NCBI GenBank assembly: GCA_958009085.1
Contig: OY253678.1
Span: 124,001 to 188,000, forward strand
Source: Protoeuglena noctilucae
Taxonomy: Eukaryota
Direction of reading: 5' to 3'
Length of the DNA: 64,000 nt
The notes below the pieces were generated by a model. That model did not search any database and was not told where the DNA came from. It saw nothing but the letters and a program-made list of their open reading frames with translations. This document shows, piece by piece, positions 13,401 through 25,779 of this stretch (the first letter of the stretch is position 1; each line of letters begins with the position of its first letter). Position numbers and translations under genes: made by a program.

Positions 13401-15301
13401 AGCGATGAAGGTGGGGACATTGGAGGGGCGCAGGACCTGGGGTTGGGGGGGAGGTGGGGGGTCGAGAGGGAGTGGGTGGGGTGGTAATGGGTGAGCACGG
13501 GTGGGTGGTGGGGGGCGATGGGAGAGTGGGGTTGAGAGGGAATGGGTGGGAGGGTAAGCGAGAGCGGGGCTGGAGTGGGTGTCATGGGAACAGGTGCGTC
13601 TGGCAGCATTCATGATTATGCGCTTGCAGGGGATGCCTCTTCACATCTACAAGCCCTTTACCTGGTTGATGATCATGCGCTTGCACGGGATGCCCTCCTT
13701 CCGCAGTTCCCTCAGCAGCCTCCCCGACTCGGTGGCCGCCAGCACCGTGGGGATCGTGGCAATGACGAACTCGGTCGAGGACTCGTCGCGGAACAGGGAC
13801 GCGACCTGGGGGGAGAGACGCGAAATGGCATTTAATAACACTGGTTACCAAGGCAATAACCTGGACAGTGAATTGGAAGGGCACAACGGCAGGGCATTCA
13901 CACATATGCCTCCTGGCTACAAGCACCTCGCAGGTAGTTTCGCATCGACCTGTCCTACTTACTCAACTCCCCTCCCTCGCCCCGTCTCTCACCTGCGCCA
14001 CGCTGGCCCGGGCACCCTCCATCTGATCCACAGCGCGGTCGAGCGCCTCCGCCCCTCGGCCGAACATGACCCGCACGAACGACCCCGCGCCCGCGACCTT
14101 GCGCCGCAGCCGGCTGATCTTCTCAATGCTGCGGTCCAGGAAGTCGGGCAGCGACAGCAGGCGCAGCGTGTGCCCTGCAGGGGCAAGGGGCAGGAGAGAA
14201 GGTGCAGTCGCAGTTACGTTGCGTGGCGACGCGGAGGAGCCGCTGCGCTCGGATGCAGTGAGAGTTTGCAACATCATTCCGCTGCATCGAGATGCCGCTG
14301 CGATCGGGCGGACCCTCTGCAGAGGAGTGGCCTCGCCAGCTGCGCCGCACGCACCGGTGGGCGCCGTGTCGAAGATGATGCGCGTGAACTTGGCGTACTC
14401 CTCGGAGTTGACGAATTGGACCACTTTCGAGATGGCGATCGCCTCGTCGAGGCCCGGGGGCGGCGTGTCTAAGAGCTCTCCCAGCTTGAGGTCCGTCAGC
14501 TGCTCCAAAACGCCACGCAGGCCCACCTGCGACGTCCAGTCCTCCACCTGCAGGTTGATGAGCATAGGAAAAAGAGGTCCGCGAAGCGGCAGCGCCTGAG
14601 GCCGCGCGCGGGCCCGCACGCAAGCAGTTTTCTTAAGTTGCACAACACCCATCGCCCCTCTCCGCGCCGCCCTCGCCTTCTGCTGCGTCTCCTCCTTCTC
14701 CCATTCCCTCCGCAGCTCCTCCTTGGCCTGCTCCGGGTCGATCTCCATGCCCCACAGCGGCAGGGACGTGCCCTCGACTGGGACCGGCCGGCCCCCGCTC
14801 AAATCCTGCTCCAGCGAGTCGCCCAGCGAGTGCGCGGGGTCCGTGGAGACCACCAGGACCGTGTGGCCCTCCATCGCGAGGCGGACGCCCAGCGAAGCCG
14901 CGAGCGACGTCTTGCCCACGCCCCCCTTGCCCGACACCATGATGTACTTGCGCGCCGTGCCGCGCGAGAGCTCCTCGAGCACCGATTCCCCCGTCGCGGC
15001 CGACGAGATCTCCGCTGCGCGACACACCAGCGCCCGGTTCGGGGCGCGCGCGCGACGCGGGAGGGGCGCGGACCGGCACCCAGGTCCCTCGGGCGCCGTG
15101 GGCCCCGCGCGGGGCCGGGCGGCCGCAGCTCGCGCGCGCGGATGTCGCAGGGGGGCGTTACGCGCGAGAGGCCCCGCTTGCAACGCCGTCCTGCACGCAG
15201 ATAGGGGTAAAGGGCCATCTCGCTGCGGCTACCATTTGCACGTCCTAGCGCGCGCGCCTCGCTGCCCATGAATGGCTCGACGGCATCGCCAGCAAGCGCA
15301 T
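10497..15301 (-). CDS. ARSA1: Two-domain ArsA/GET3-family ATPase, plastid-type (ARSA1-like)
   Basis: Two complete ATPase domains, each with [41 protein letters not shown] and V(I)TIPT. They are joined in frame by [14 protein letters not shown]. The transit-like N-terminus ([19 protein letters not shown]) was inferred through a short intron at 15191-15257. Confidence 0.88.
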
Positions 15302-15908
15302 AAGCCAAGAGACATCCGACGCGGCGCCGGATCCGGGGAGCGGTCTTTCGAGCGCGCGCGATGCGAGGTCGTGGCGTGAGACGATGTTTTGAGGCCATGC
15401 GGGACCCCGACCAGCTCGGGCGGGACGGAGCGTGCTTTGCAGCAAAATTGAAATCGTCCCTCAGGCGTGGATGACTGTTAAGGCGCGAATCCTCGCCTGT
15501 GGTGGAAGCATGCACTTGGTGGCGACAGGATCGCCATGGCTTCGCGTGCGGTGGCCGGCTGCCCCGACAGGGACGAGATGGGAAGTGCCAGCCATCGCAA
15601 AAGGCTCGTTCGGCTCAACGGCGGGGCTCGCAACCTCCCTCTGGCGACAGACGCTGCGGCACAGCGTCGTCCTGCCAGCTGCCCAGCAGTCGATTCGATT
15701 CTGGGGTCGGTGGCAGGGAGCTGGAACATTGGATGTCCTGAACCCCAATCCTTGTCTTGGATTTTTAATCACCGTGTCCGTATTTACGGAATGCACGACC
15801 TAGTGCTGCTAACATCTAGTTCTATCGCCACGAGACTCGACGAGAGTCACGAGTCCCGACCTTGCATGCATACGGCGACAAGCCCCCCCACACTCCCCCG
15901 TGCTGTCA

Positions 15909-18900
15909 TCAAATGAGGAACCGGTCGTCGATGAGGGCCGCCTTGCTGAGCCGCGCCTGCCCGAGCTTGGCGCGCACGAGCCGCAGCACGCTGGTGACGA
16001 TCCACACGATGGCTGCCGACAGGGCGGGTCGCCTCAATGAGACATCGAGTGCCACCAGGATCATGCACTCCCACACGCACAGCGTCATGTCGCAACCGTA
16101 AAAGGTCAAGTCCTGCGAAGGGACAAGGGGTATGTAGCCCGTTCACTCTCCTCTCTTATACTCTCTTATCTAGCAGCTCGGGACCCCGCAGCACGTCCGG
16201 CCACATCACGTGTTCGCGTCGCACAGCACGTTCCCCATGGCCATCCAGCCACCCCAGCTCGTTCACGATTACTCGCCATGAAGGAGTCTCGGAAGTCGTA
16301 GACGAAGAGCGGCGACTGGTTGCCGAGTCGCAGCGCGGGCGGCAGCCGCAGGAGGTAGTCGAGGAAGTTCTTGCGCACGACGCGGTCGGCGCGGTTGTTG
16401 TTGGTGACGTCGGAGACGACGCGGCGAAGGAGGTAAGAGATCTAAGAATGGGGAGTGAGGAGGGGTGGGGGTGTTGGAGTGGGGTTGGGAGCACTGGTGA
16501 GCAACAGTGCAATTCGATTTCAGCACATGCCACCACACTCACACGGCCCACAGTAACACTCACATACACCCCCCACCCCCACTTTCTCACCTGCCTCTGT
16601 GCCTCGGAGGGCGACAGTCCCACAGTCACACCCCCACACACACACCCATTTCAACTCGCCTGTAACACACTCACACACACCCCATTCCAACTCCCTCACC
16701 TGCCTCTGTGCCTCGGAGGGCGAGAGTCCCACGGCGGCGGTGGGCAGCCCGGCGCACGATTGGGAGTCGCGCCCCTGCCTCTCCATGGACAGGTTGCCCA
16801 GCATCACGAGTTCCGCGTATTTGGTGGCTGGGGGGGAGAGGGAGAGGGGAGGGGTGTTGGACAGATTGCAGGCATGAGAAATGATAAGCACGAAAAAATA
16901 ATGTGCACGTTTGGGGCTATCATTAAACAATGCAACATGGTTACCAACATACTCACCGCTGGCGATGTCCAGGCACACCTCACTAGATGGCTGCCATCAC
17001 ACAAAGCAATTGTCGCTACACATCCACTCACCGCTGGCGATGTCCAGGTACACCTCGAATGTCTGGCAGTCCTTGGTCTTGTCGTCCGCCGTGTCCCCGA
17101 TCAAGCCACGCCCGCCCACCACGGCGCCTGGGGGCGATGGGGAGGAAAGATGGGCGTCAGTATGTTTTCAGATGATTCAACTACTCGTCATCACTGTCAT
17201 CATTGTTGACACACCATCTCGTTCTGAATATTTATATCAAATACTACACACAAACACTACACAGCTCACCCGCCTCCTTGTGCAGCTGGTCCTGCAGCTC
17301 TTGCAGGGACGTGTCGGCTGAGGTGATGGACGACCGGCCGTGGATGTAGTAGCCGAATTCGGCGGACTCGGCGGACTCGAACATGAACACCGACAGGTTG
17401 GCTGCGAGGGAGAGAAGATGAGAGGGATTTGTATATTCAAATATTGACACAGACAGCTAACTCGGCGGACTCAAACATGAACACCGACAGGTTCGCTGGG
17501 AGTTGAGGGGAGAGGGATTTGAACATATTTGAACACATGTTATCACCTATATTATACATGGAAACAAAGACACTCTAGCCACACAAGTCACGCAAACACA
17601 TGACATTTGCACAGCCCGTCTCACCCATGTAGCACAGGTCGACGAACGCCCCCGGGGGATTGGACACGAATCGGTCGTAGACGCTGAGCCGTATCAGAAA
17701 CTGGGCGATGACAGATGCGTAGAACACCAACACGATCAGTCCGGCGCGGATGAGGATGGAATCGACTTTCCACGGGGCGCTGGAGAGGTCTTTTTCTAAG
17801 GGAGTGGATGCGGACTCGTACTGCCACCTGATGGGTGGGGTGGGGGATGGGTGGGTGTAAGAGATGCGTGTCAGAATGTATGTTGGGAAGGGGGGATGGG
17901 GAGGGTTGGTTTTGATACAGCTCATGCCATCCACGCACCTGAGCAATTCCATGGCAATGGTGATGACTATTGTTACTGTCTCTACCACTGCCACTGCCAC
18001 TACCACAATCATCACTTTCACTCACTTGAACCCCTCCATGGCGACGATGATGACCACGAGCGTGGCCTCCGGGCTGCTGTACCTGGATGACGCCAGCTCG
18101 GACCATTCGTTGGCGATGAGCAGCGTGCGCCAGCAGGAGGTGGGGGCCAGGCCCTCCTTGGCGGAGCCGGGGACCAGGATCTTGCTGAGTGTAGAGAAGA
18201 GTGAAAGAGTGCTGATATGTTGATTATAGGCGATAGCAGCGCAAGTGAGAAGGACGTAGGTGGTTAGAGATAGCAGCACTGGCATCATGGGTTAAGGGGG
18301 TAAGATGAGGATGATAATGACACAATTTCCATGTGCCGCAATGTCAACACATTTCTATTGCACTACACAGCACCCTCCTCCCCTCACCGCGGCCTCTCCC
18401 AGTCGACGAAAGAGATGCCATACTGCGATTGATCGATGAGCAGCCCCATCATGGCGAAGGACTTGCCGGCAGCGGCGGCGATGACGGCGGCCAGGAAGGG
18501 GCGGGCCTCGTGGTCGGAGGGGAGGAGCTGGGAGGGGTGGGGGAGTGAGAGTGGGGGGGAATGTGAGTGTGAGTGAGGGTGAGGGTGAGGGTGAGGATGA
18601 GATTGAGAGTGAGGGTGAGGGTGAGAGTGGGGGTGAGGGTGAGTGAGAGTGGGGGTGGCAGCGAGGGTGGCAGTAGTGAGGGTGAGCCATACAAGCGATA
18701 CTGTGCAGCATGATAGCAGCCAACCCACTCGCCTGGAAGGTGGCTTGCTGCAGCTTGAACACGATGAGCCAGTAGACGCCCGTGATGACCACCACGACAA
18801 ACAGCGCGTCCGCCACGGCGTCGCAGATCCTCGCCATGGCTTTGATCAGCGATAGGAAGCTCAGGGGGACACTGGCGCGGCGACTGTGAGGGTGGCAGTG

Positions 18901-21900
18901 GGGTGGTGTTGAGGGTGGCAGTGGGGGTGGTGTTGAGGGTGGCAGTGGGGGTGGCGGTGGGGGTGAGGACGAGGGCAGGCAGTGGATAAGTCCATTGGTC
19001 GCTGCTTAGCCATAGCCATAACCGCAGCCACGTGCTCTCTCTTAACCACCATCGCACGCAACTCACCGATTCACTCTTAAAAAGAACCTGAGCAGCGCCA
19101 GTGCCCCGATGACGGACGTGAACACGATGACCATGATGCGGAAGGCGCGCCAGAAACCCTGGGTGCCGGCCCAGCGGGCGGTGAAGGACGAGGGGCTGGA
19201 CACGCCAGTGGCTGCGGGGTGAGGGAGAGAGGGGAGAGATGGTGAGGATGCGTTGTTGTTGGAAACAGGGTAAGCATCGACTGGCCCAATGTTGCATGAT
19301 TCAAGCAATTAGCAGTCCACGACACGCATCTCCCACCCCCCTTCCACCACGTCGCACCGATGGGGCTCCGGGAGGCGTAGGTGAGCTCCAGGACCGGCGG
19401 GAGGATGCGTGAGTGGTCGTCGGGGCGGATGGCGACGGTGATGCGGGCCTTGGAGATGTAACGCAGGGCCTGGAGGGTCCCGGTGGCGTCGACACCGCTC
19501 GAGGCGTCAATCGTGAAGAACCGGCGGGTGAGGCTCGCTGTCGTGAGGTCCTGGCTGCGATGGGAGGGGTGAAGGAAGAGGAGGGTTAAAGGAAGACAGG
19601 AACTGTGGATTGGCGAGGCGGGGAGAGGGGGGCGGCGGCTCAGGGCTTTCGTGCTGTAAGGAACGTGCCATGCTGGGCGCAACGTGCTGCAGCACTCCCG
19701 CCGCGAAAGAGATGGTCCCCGCGCATCCCATGCTCGTCCATGGTAATGAAAATCTCTAATTGAACGCCACCCGTTGCTACTCGCTCATCTCCCCGCCCCC
19801 ACCCGCCCCCCCACGTGCTCCCTCACTTGTCATACGTGACATTTGCCCCGTTGACCAGCGCCCCATTGTCGCGCTGCGAGTGGTTGACGACAGGGACCGG
19901 GTACAATCTCCCTGTGCCATCCTCGATGTACATTTCGTAGAAGGTGACGCCGCCCCGGTCGGACGCCAACTGAAGGAGGGCGTCGATGGGCAGGCGGCAC
20001 GACAGCTGCGGGGGTGGGGGGGAAGGGGGTGGGGTGAGGGGAGGAATTTAAAACGAAAGAGTCGGTGGTATATCGGTGGTTAGTTGCATTACACCACAAC
20101 TTGTGGTGTATTGCAACTTCTCGCGGCACAGCGCATGAGTCGAGATGGGCAGCGAGACTAAAATGTGAGCATGGCGTGCACTGCGCAACCAAACCACATT
20201 CACAGGTACAATAATCAATTCCCACCTTGTATCCTATCCCCACGGTGGTCCACCCGATGGCCTGGGCCGTGCCGCTGCTGCAGAGCTGCAGTTGGTCGGT
20301 CAGGTCCGCCAGTCCCAGCCAGGTGCCGTCCAGCGACCAGGACGCCAGTTTGAATCGAAGGACGGATGTGGGGGAGCCCGTGGGGACCTGGGGGGGGTGG
20401 GTGAGTGGAGATGCGGTGACAACATGGGTGGGGATGCGATGGATGCGTTTGTGAGAGTGATGGGAAGCAGCAAGCTGAAACGGCAAGCAAGGTTGCGCTG
20501 GGGGCCGATGGATGCTAAGAGTGATGGGATAGGTGGATAGTAGATTACTATCTCTCCTCATCTCTCACCTGCCCTGCCCTGCCCCCCCAGCGACAGCCGC
20601 AGCTGCACATCTACTGACATACAATCAGATACCAGAACCACAACAGTGTTAATTACGACCAATCATCACCTGCGCGTTCTTGCCCTGGCTCCCCAGCGAC
20701 AGCCGCAGCTGCACGTCGGTGTTTCGCAGCGCCGCCGCCGTCTGCAGGCTGCTGTAGGCGATCCAGGGGGTGTAGAGGGGCCATGTAAAGTTGAAGTTCG
20801 AGTCCGCGTGGTATGAGTCGCTTCCCCGGGAGTTGAAGATGCGCTGGTAGAGAAGGCACGCAACGCCGCGCGTGAAGTCAAAGTCCTGGGGAAAGGATGG
20901 GGTGGGGTGGGTGGTATGATCAGAGTTCATGTCAAACAGGGTTGCTAATGATAGTGACGCGTAAGCGTGTCCATGCAAGCACAGAGCCATAGCATCGCCA
21001 GCTTGCATCCCACCCACTCCACTCTCACCTGCAGCACGCATGCGTTGGCGAGCGCGTTGCACGCCTTCACGTCCGCCCTCTCCCAGCACAGCCGCGCCGA
21101 CTGCCCCAGGGAGTCGCTGAAAGCCTTGGAGACCACCACGGTGGCGTCAGACGTGCTCCCGGACGACGTCGGCACGTTGTAGAACGTGACTTGGAAGGCC
21201 GAACTGTCGGTGCGGCCCACGCCGAGTTCAGAAACGACGGTGGCCAGGTCGGACTGGGGGTGGAGGGGAGCTCAGGAAGTGTGGGTGGGTGAGAGTGGGT
21301 GAGTGGGTGAAACAGAGCCATTGGGTGCGAGAGTGGGAGCCAGTGAGAGCAAGTGACAGGGCGACATGGCGAACGAATGGAAAGTGGGCGCCTGTCCCCA
21401 TCCCTCGTGTCATGTCCAGTCCTATCGTCTCTTCTGACATCTCTTCTGACGACTGTCACTCACGTTGTTGTAGCACGTGGCCCCCGCGGGCACCGTGGCC
21501 GGGCACACGCACGCCCCCCCCGACGCGACCTTGGGGTACTCGCAGGGCACGCAGCTGCCGTTGGAGAGGATCGAATTGGACGCCGAGCAGGGGACGCAGC
21601 GGGCCAGGTACTGCGGGGGGTGCGGGGGTGGAGGGGGTTGTGGGAAGAGCGAGGGGTGTGTAAAGGGGGTGGCTTGAAGGAGGGCGTGTGGTGGAGGCGA
21701 GAATGGGAGCGACAGTGGGGAAAGCATCGCAAAGAGCGATGCCTCAGCTCCACGCCTGTGCTCCTGCCATTCGCAAAGGACTCGAACCCGCGCCCACCTG
21801 GCCGGACACCAGGAGGGGCACGCCCGTGGCGTCCGTCTCGACCACCTGGCCGCCCCCGTTTGCGCAGACGCACGACGACCCGTCCGGCACCACCGTCGCG

Positions 21901-22472
21901 GGGTTCCACCAGTTGCCGGAGGACGTGTCGCAGACGACGCAGCGGAAGGCGGGGGCGGAGAGCTGGGAGGGCGCCGACCCGGACGGGCAGGGCGTGCACA
22001 CCGGGGCCAGCAGACCGCTCGCGGTGCTCAGGTTGGGTTGGATGGAGAAACTCGCGGCTCCGGAACACGCGCAGAAGAGTCCGTTGGACGACCGCGCGGC
22101 TCCGGAGGGGCACGGCGCGCACTCCATGCCGCGGCTGTCGAAAAATGAGTTGGCGGTGGAGGCCGACGAGATGCACGTCGCGATGTCCAGCGAGAAACCC
22201 ACGTCCGCGAGGGCTGCGGGAGGCGGGGAGGGTCGGAGGAGGTCGGGCGGGGACGCGGCTTGTTTGCATCGAGGGGAAGCGACCTAGCGACGGGACGGGG
22301 ATCGAAGCGGAGGGTTTGCGCAGGCATGCACATGCTTCGCACCTCCCTGGATGAGCGGCGCGTGCCATCGTCGAGGGGCGTCGCTGTCCGGCCAAGCGAG
22401 GAGGGCCGCCAGCGCCAACAGCAACGCCGCCTGCCGGGGGCCGCGCGCCGCCCGCGCGACCTGCGGGAGCAT
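15909..22472 (-). CDS. TMEM67: Meckelin (TMEM67/MKS3), ciliary transition-zone protein
   Basis: Signal peptide and Cys-rich ectodomain (ACNALANACVLQ). Conserved motifs ISFVDWERPR, WRTLLIANEWSEL, FVDLCYMANLSVF and GYYIHGRS. C-terminus LSKAALIDDRFLI*. Confidence 0.92.
18565..18645. repeat. (GAGGGT)n-type degenerate simple repeat in a meckelin intron
   Basis: Tandem gagggt/gagagt hexamers. Confidence 0.8.
18886..18965. repeat. ~24-bp minisatellite, ~3 copies, in a meckelin intron
   Basis: The unit tgagggtggcagtgggggtggtgt is repeated. Confidence 0.85.
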
Positions 22473-23048
22473 CAGGCGATGTGCGGTCGCTCGATTCAAC
22501 GAGCTGGGCGCTCATCCCTCGCCTACAGAAGGCGAGCAGCGGCAGGGCATTTCAAAAAACGCGTTCGCGCGACTCGCACTGCCTGCCTCACCATCCCTCC
22601 CCGCGGTCCCACCCCGCGACCCTTCCCCAGCCCCTGACGGCTGCCCTAGCGCACAGGTGCCCAGACCTAAGTGGCCGCTATCAGGAGACCCAAGAAGTGC
22701 CGGGGCGGTGGATAAGTGTAACAGCAGAGGCAAAGGAGCTTCGCCAGCCCGCAGTTGCAAAGTGTTCCCGTCAACGCGGTTATGGATATCCCGCACGCCA
22801 GCCTTTGTTCAAGCCACATTGACACACAGGCGAGCTCAACTCCGGCAGGTAGGTCATGTGGGTCCTACCCGCGTAGCTGCTTCTTCAGCCACAGCCTTCC
22901 GTGACGAAAGACAGCATCTGTCGCTGCAGCCACTGGCCGCGAGAGCGCACGTGCGTGTTCCAGAGAGAAGGCAACGCATCCTGTTGCTGCCGCCGGCGAT
23001 TGGGACGCATAACGCGAGGCACTACAGCCGCAATCCCTTCATTCCTCC

Positions 23049-24290
23049 ATGTCCTCCCTAGCCTCTACGTCGCCGCGGTGTCGGGCGGCAGGAGCCCCCT
23101 TCGCAGCCCCGCGGCGCCGTGTTTTAGGCGCCCAGCTCTCCTGGCCGTGTCGCTCCCGCTGTTTGCGCGGGAGGTCGCTCAGCGTGAAGACGTATGCATC
23201 ACCAAAGCGTGGGTCGGGAAATGGCGACGACGCGAGCGGGGAGAGCTTCGATGAGGCCATGACGGAGTTGATGCAGCAAGTTGCGAGGATGCGCGCGGCG
23301 AACGGGGGCTCAACACAGGCGGACACGTTGCTAGGGCGATCCGTGAGTCGCGTCGCGTTCTCCGTGCGGCTCCGCGTCGCCCCGGCGCCTTCCCTCACCT
23401 TTGTTTGTCGTGCCCTGCAGGGATTCTCGTCTGCCGACGTGGATGACCCGTGTCTCGACTACTCCTCCGCGTGGGACTACCTCCACGTCATGGCGGACAT
23501 CGCGGCAGGTGTGAATTGCTCTCGCGTCGGCGTCGCAGCTCGCTTCAACCCGCCCAATGCGGGCGATGGCAAAACTGCTCACCGAGACCACGTGCCCCCT
23601 CGCGCAGACGGTCGGCGCAGCGCGGAGCAGCTCTGGTTTGAGGACCTGCGCGAGATATGGGTCATTCTGTTCGAGGACCTCCGGTCGGGCGTGGACGAGG
23701 GCATCTACTCGGTTAAGGGCCGCAACCTCGACACGCAGGACGCCGTGGATGTCGTGGTGGCATTCGAAGGACGCGATGACGCCGCGCGTGCCGCCTGCTT
23801 GATCGAGGCGAGGGCGCCGGGGCGGCTCTGCGCTGCTGTGGCCGCTGCAAAACGCTGCCCACTGCCCACCGCGCGACGTTACTGTTCTCAATCACCTTGC
23901 GCGTAATACTGCCTCTTGCAATGTCTCCCGCAGGGCGTCATGTCGCTCAAGCCCCGGCCGTACGGTATGCCGCCCCGCGAGCTGGTGCAGTTTGTGGAGG
24001 AGAACGGCTATGCCCTGCACGTGGTGCCTTTGGGGGCGTCGTTCGTGCCACCGGACAGCAACGTGGCCCAGACGGACTTTGAGGTGCGCAACGGTGGTTG
24101 GAGGTCATGAGGGCACCGGCGATGGGCAGGGCAGGGCCACATTGATGGCCTCACTGCCCGTGTTATCGCCCCGCATTGCATCTGCAGAGGATCCAGAACC
24201 TGCGCCAGGGCAAGTTCACCGTGCTGAGCGAGGAGCCGACGTTGGGGGACGAGCGGGACGAGGGAGAGATGGGGAGGAGTCTGTGACGTG
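23049..24290 (+). CDS. DUF3110-like plastid protein (cyanobacterial-type family)
   Basis: Ser/Arg/Ala-rich transit peptide. WVILF...DEGIYS...VVAFEGRDDAARAACLIE|...GYALHVVP.G..FVPPDSNVAQTDFE resembles the recalled DUF3110 pattern. Confidence 0.7.
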
Positions 24291-24494
24291 ATTCGGCGCA
24301 GCATGCAGATGGTTGTGTTACATCACGTTAGATACCTTTGCTCGATGCACGTGGAGATCGCTTGCTGGCACATTGCGTGGATTTGAAGGGTTGACGCGTG
24401 CTGTGATCCAAGCAGCACGAGTTGGCAAGACGAGCTTGCAGAGTGGGTCACAGGCGCGCTTTCGCTTCAATTCACCGAATGATGCGACGCATGT

Positions 24495-25377
24495 CTATTC
24501 GAGCTTGACGACGTACTGCGACAGAGCCTTGAGGTCCACGAGGCCAGCCCCTTCCACCTTGCTTGGTGCGCGCTGCGAGTGCGGGAGACTTTGAGCATCT
24601 CAGCGCCGTACCCTGTGCCACCAGTCGTCGCACATTTGTTTCGTTGACCGCGACTCACCCTGGAAATGACCAGCACGTCGCCCTCGCTGCGCCACCCGCA
24701 ACGCTCCGCCAACTCGTTCAGCTGCAATGGCTCGACCCCGCACATGGCGCACGCGGTGCCCACGTCGATCGCCGCGTAAGCTTCCTCGATCGCATTCACG
24801 GCCTCCTCTCGCAACCTCGCTTGGATCCGGGCCAGGGCCGCGCCCTCCAGCAGCCGCGATATCCGAGGCATCGCTCCCCAGGCCGCCGAGAGGTCCCTCT
24901 GCCACAGCGCCCGCAGCAACCTGCAGTAATGCTAGGATGGTATTCATTGGCGGGCGCTGAGAGCGACATTGATGCCCGGATGCGGCGGGATCGCGTGTTC
25001 AGCGTGTGCACGAAGCAGGAGCCGCACCCGTGAACCTCCTGGGCCTCTCCGCTGCTCTGCATCACAGGTGGCATCCGTTTCCATGCGAGGCGAGCCATCT
25101 CCGTCTCCCCCTGCGCGGGCAGGGAGGCGAGGTCCGCATCGTAGCGAACACCTCGAAACGAGGCCCGCAGCGCGCGCCACATACAGCGATGCATCTAGAA
25201 AGCGGCCCGATCGATACTCTAATTCGCGATGCTCACCTCGGCGAGGTACAGGAGGACCTGCAACACGTAGGGCCACGTCGCAAGGGCCGCGTCCTCCGCC
25301 CGCAGCTCCGCCTCCTCCAGCTGCTCCGCGGCGTCGCCGAAGCGGCCCTGCAGCACGCTCTCCTGCACGGCCTCCAT
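24495..25377 (-). CDS. CSN8: COP9 signalosome subunit 8
   Basis: WPYVLQVLLYLAE|GETEMARLAWKRMP...LLRALWQRD...AIEEAYAAIDV...CGW...LKALSQYVVKLE*, consistent with a CSN8-type PCI domain. Confidence 0.82.
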
Positions 25378-25779
25378 CGACCCGCCACGCCCCTGTGCGA
25401 CAATCAATCTAGGAGGAAGAGGCAAGCCAACGACGGACGCGCTGCAGGTGTGAGCGGCCACAGGCAAGTCTGCAGGGTTTGGATGGGCCGCGCACTCGCA
25501 GCGAATGTGTCGCGGACACTGGATGCAACGGGGAAACAATGCGCCAGAGGCTACATGTGACGGGCTAGGGGCGGCAAGCTGACACATCAGGTCTGCGTCA
25601 GTAGCAGCAGTGGTGGGGTACCCCACCACTGCTCAGTGCCCTAGCGCCTGAACGATGGCCCGACGCTAGCTAATGCCGGCAGTCACTTGCGAGACATCTG
25701 CACATCAGATCGGGCCCTGGCACCAATTCGCACTAGCTGCTCCTTGTGCTGTCTTCACGACCGAGAGCGCTTTTGGGAG

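Noticed and set aside
10497..15301. Two separate ArsA genes, or a bacterial arsenic-resistance locus
   Set aside because: The halves splice in frame with no intervening stop. There are no arsB/C/R genes, and the gene has spliceosomal introns and a transit-like N-terminus.
16586..17500. ~30-38 nt direct repeats with spacers resembling a CRISPR array
   Set aside because: Each repeat pair has a different sequence copied from the adjacent exon junction. There are only 2-3 copies, no cas genes, and the context is eukaryotic.
18565..18645. Possible interstitial telomeric repeat
   Set aside because: The units are GAGGGT-type rather than TTTAGGG/TTAGGG, and they match the general C/A-rich intron 3' tracts.
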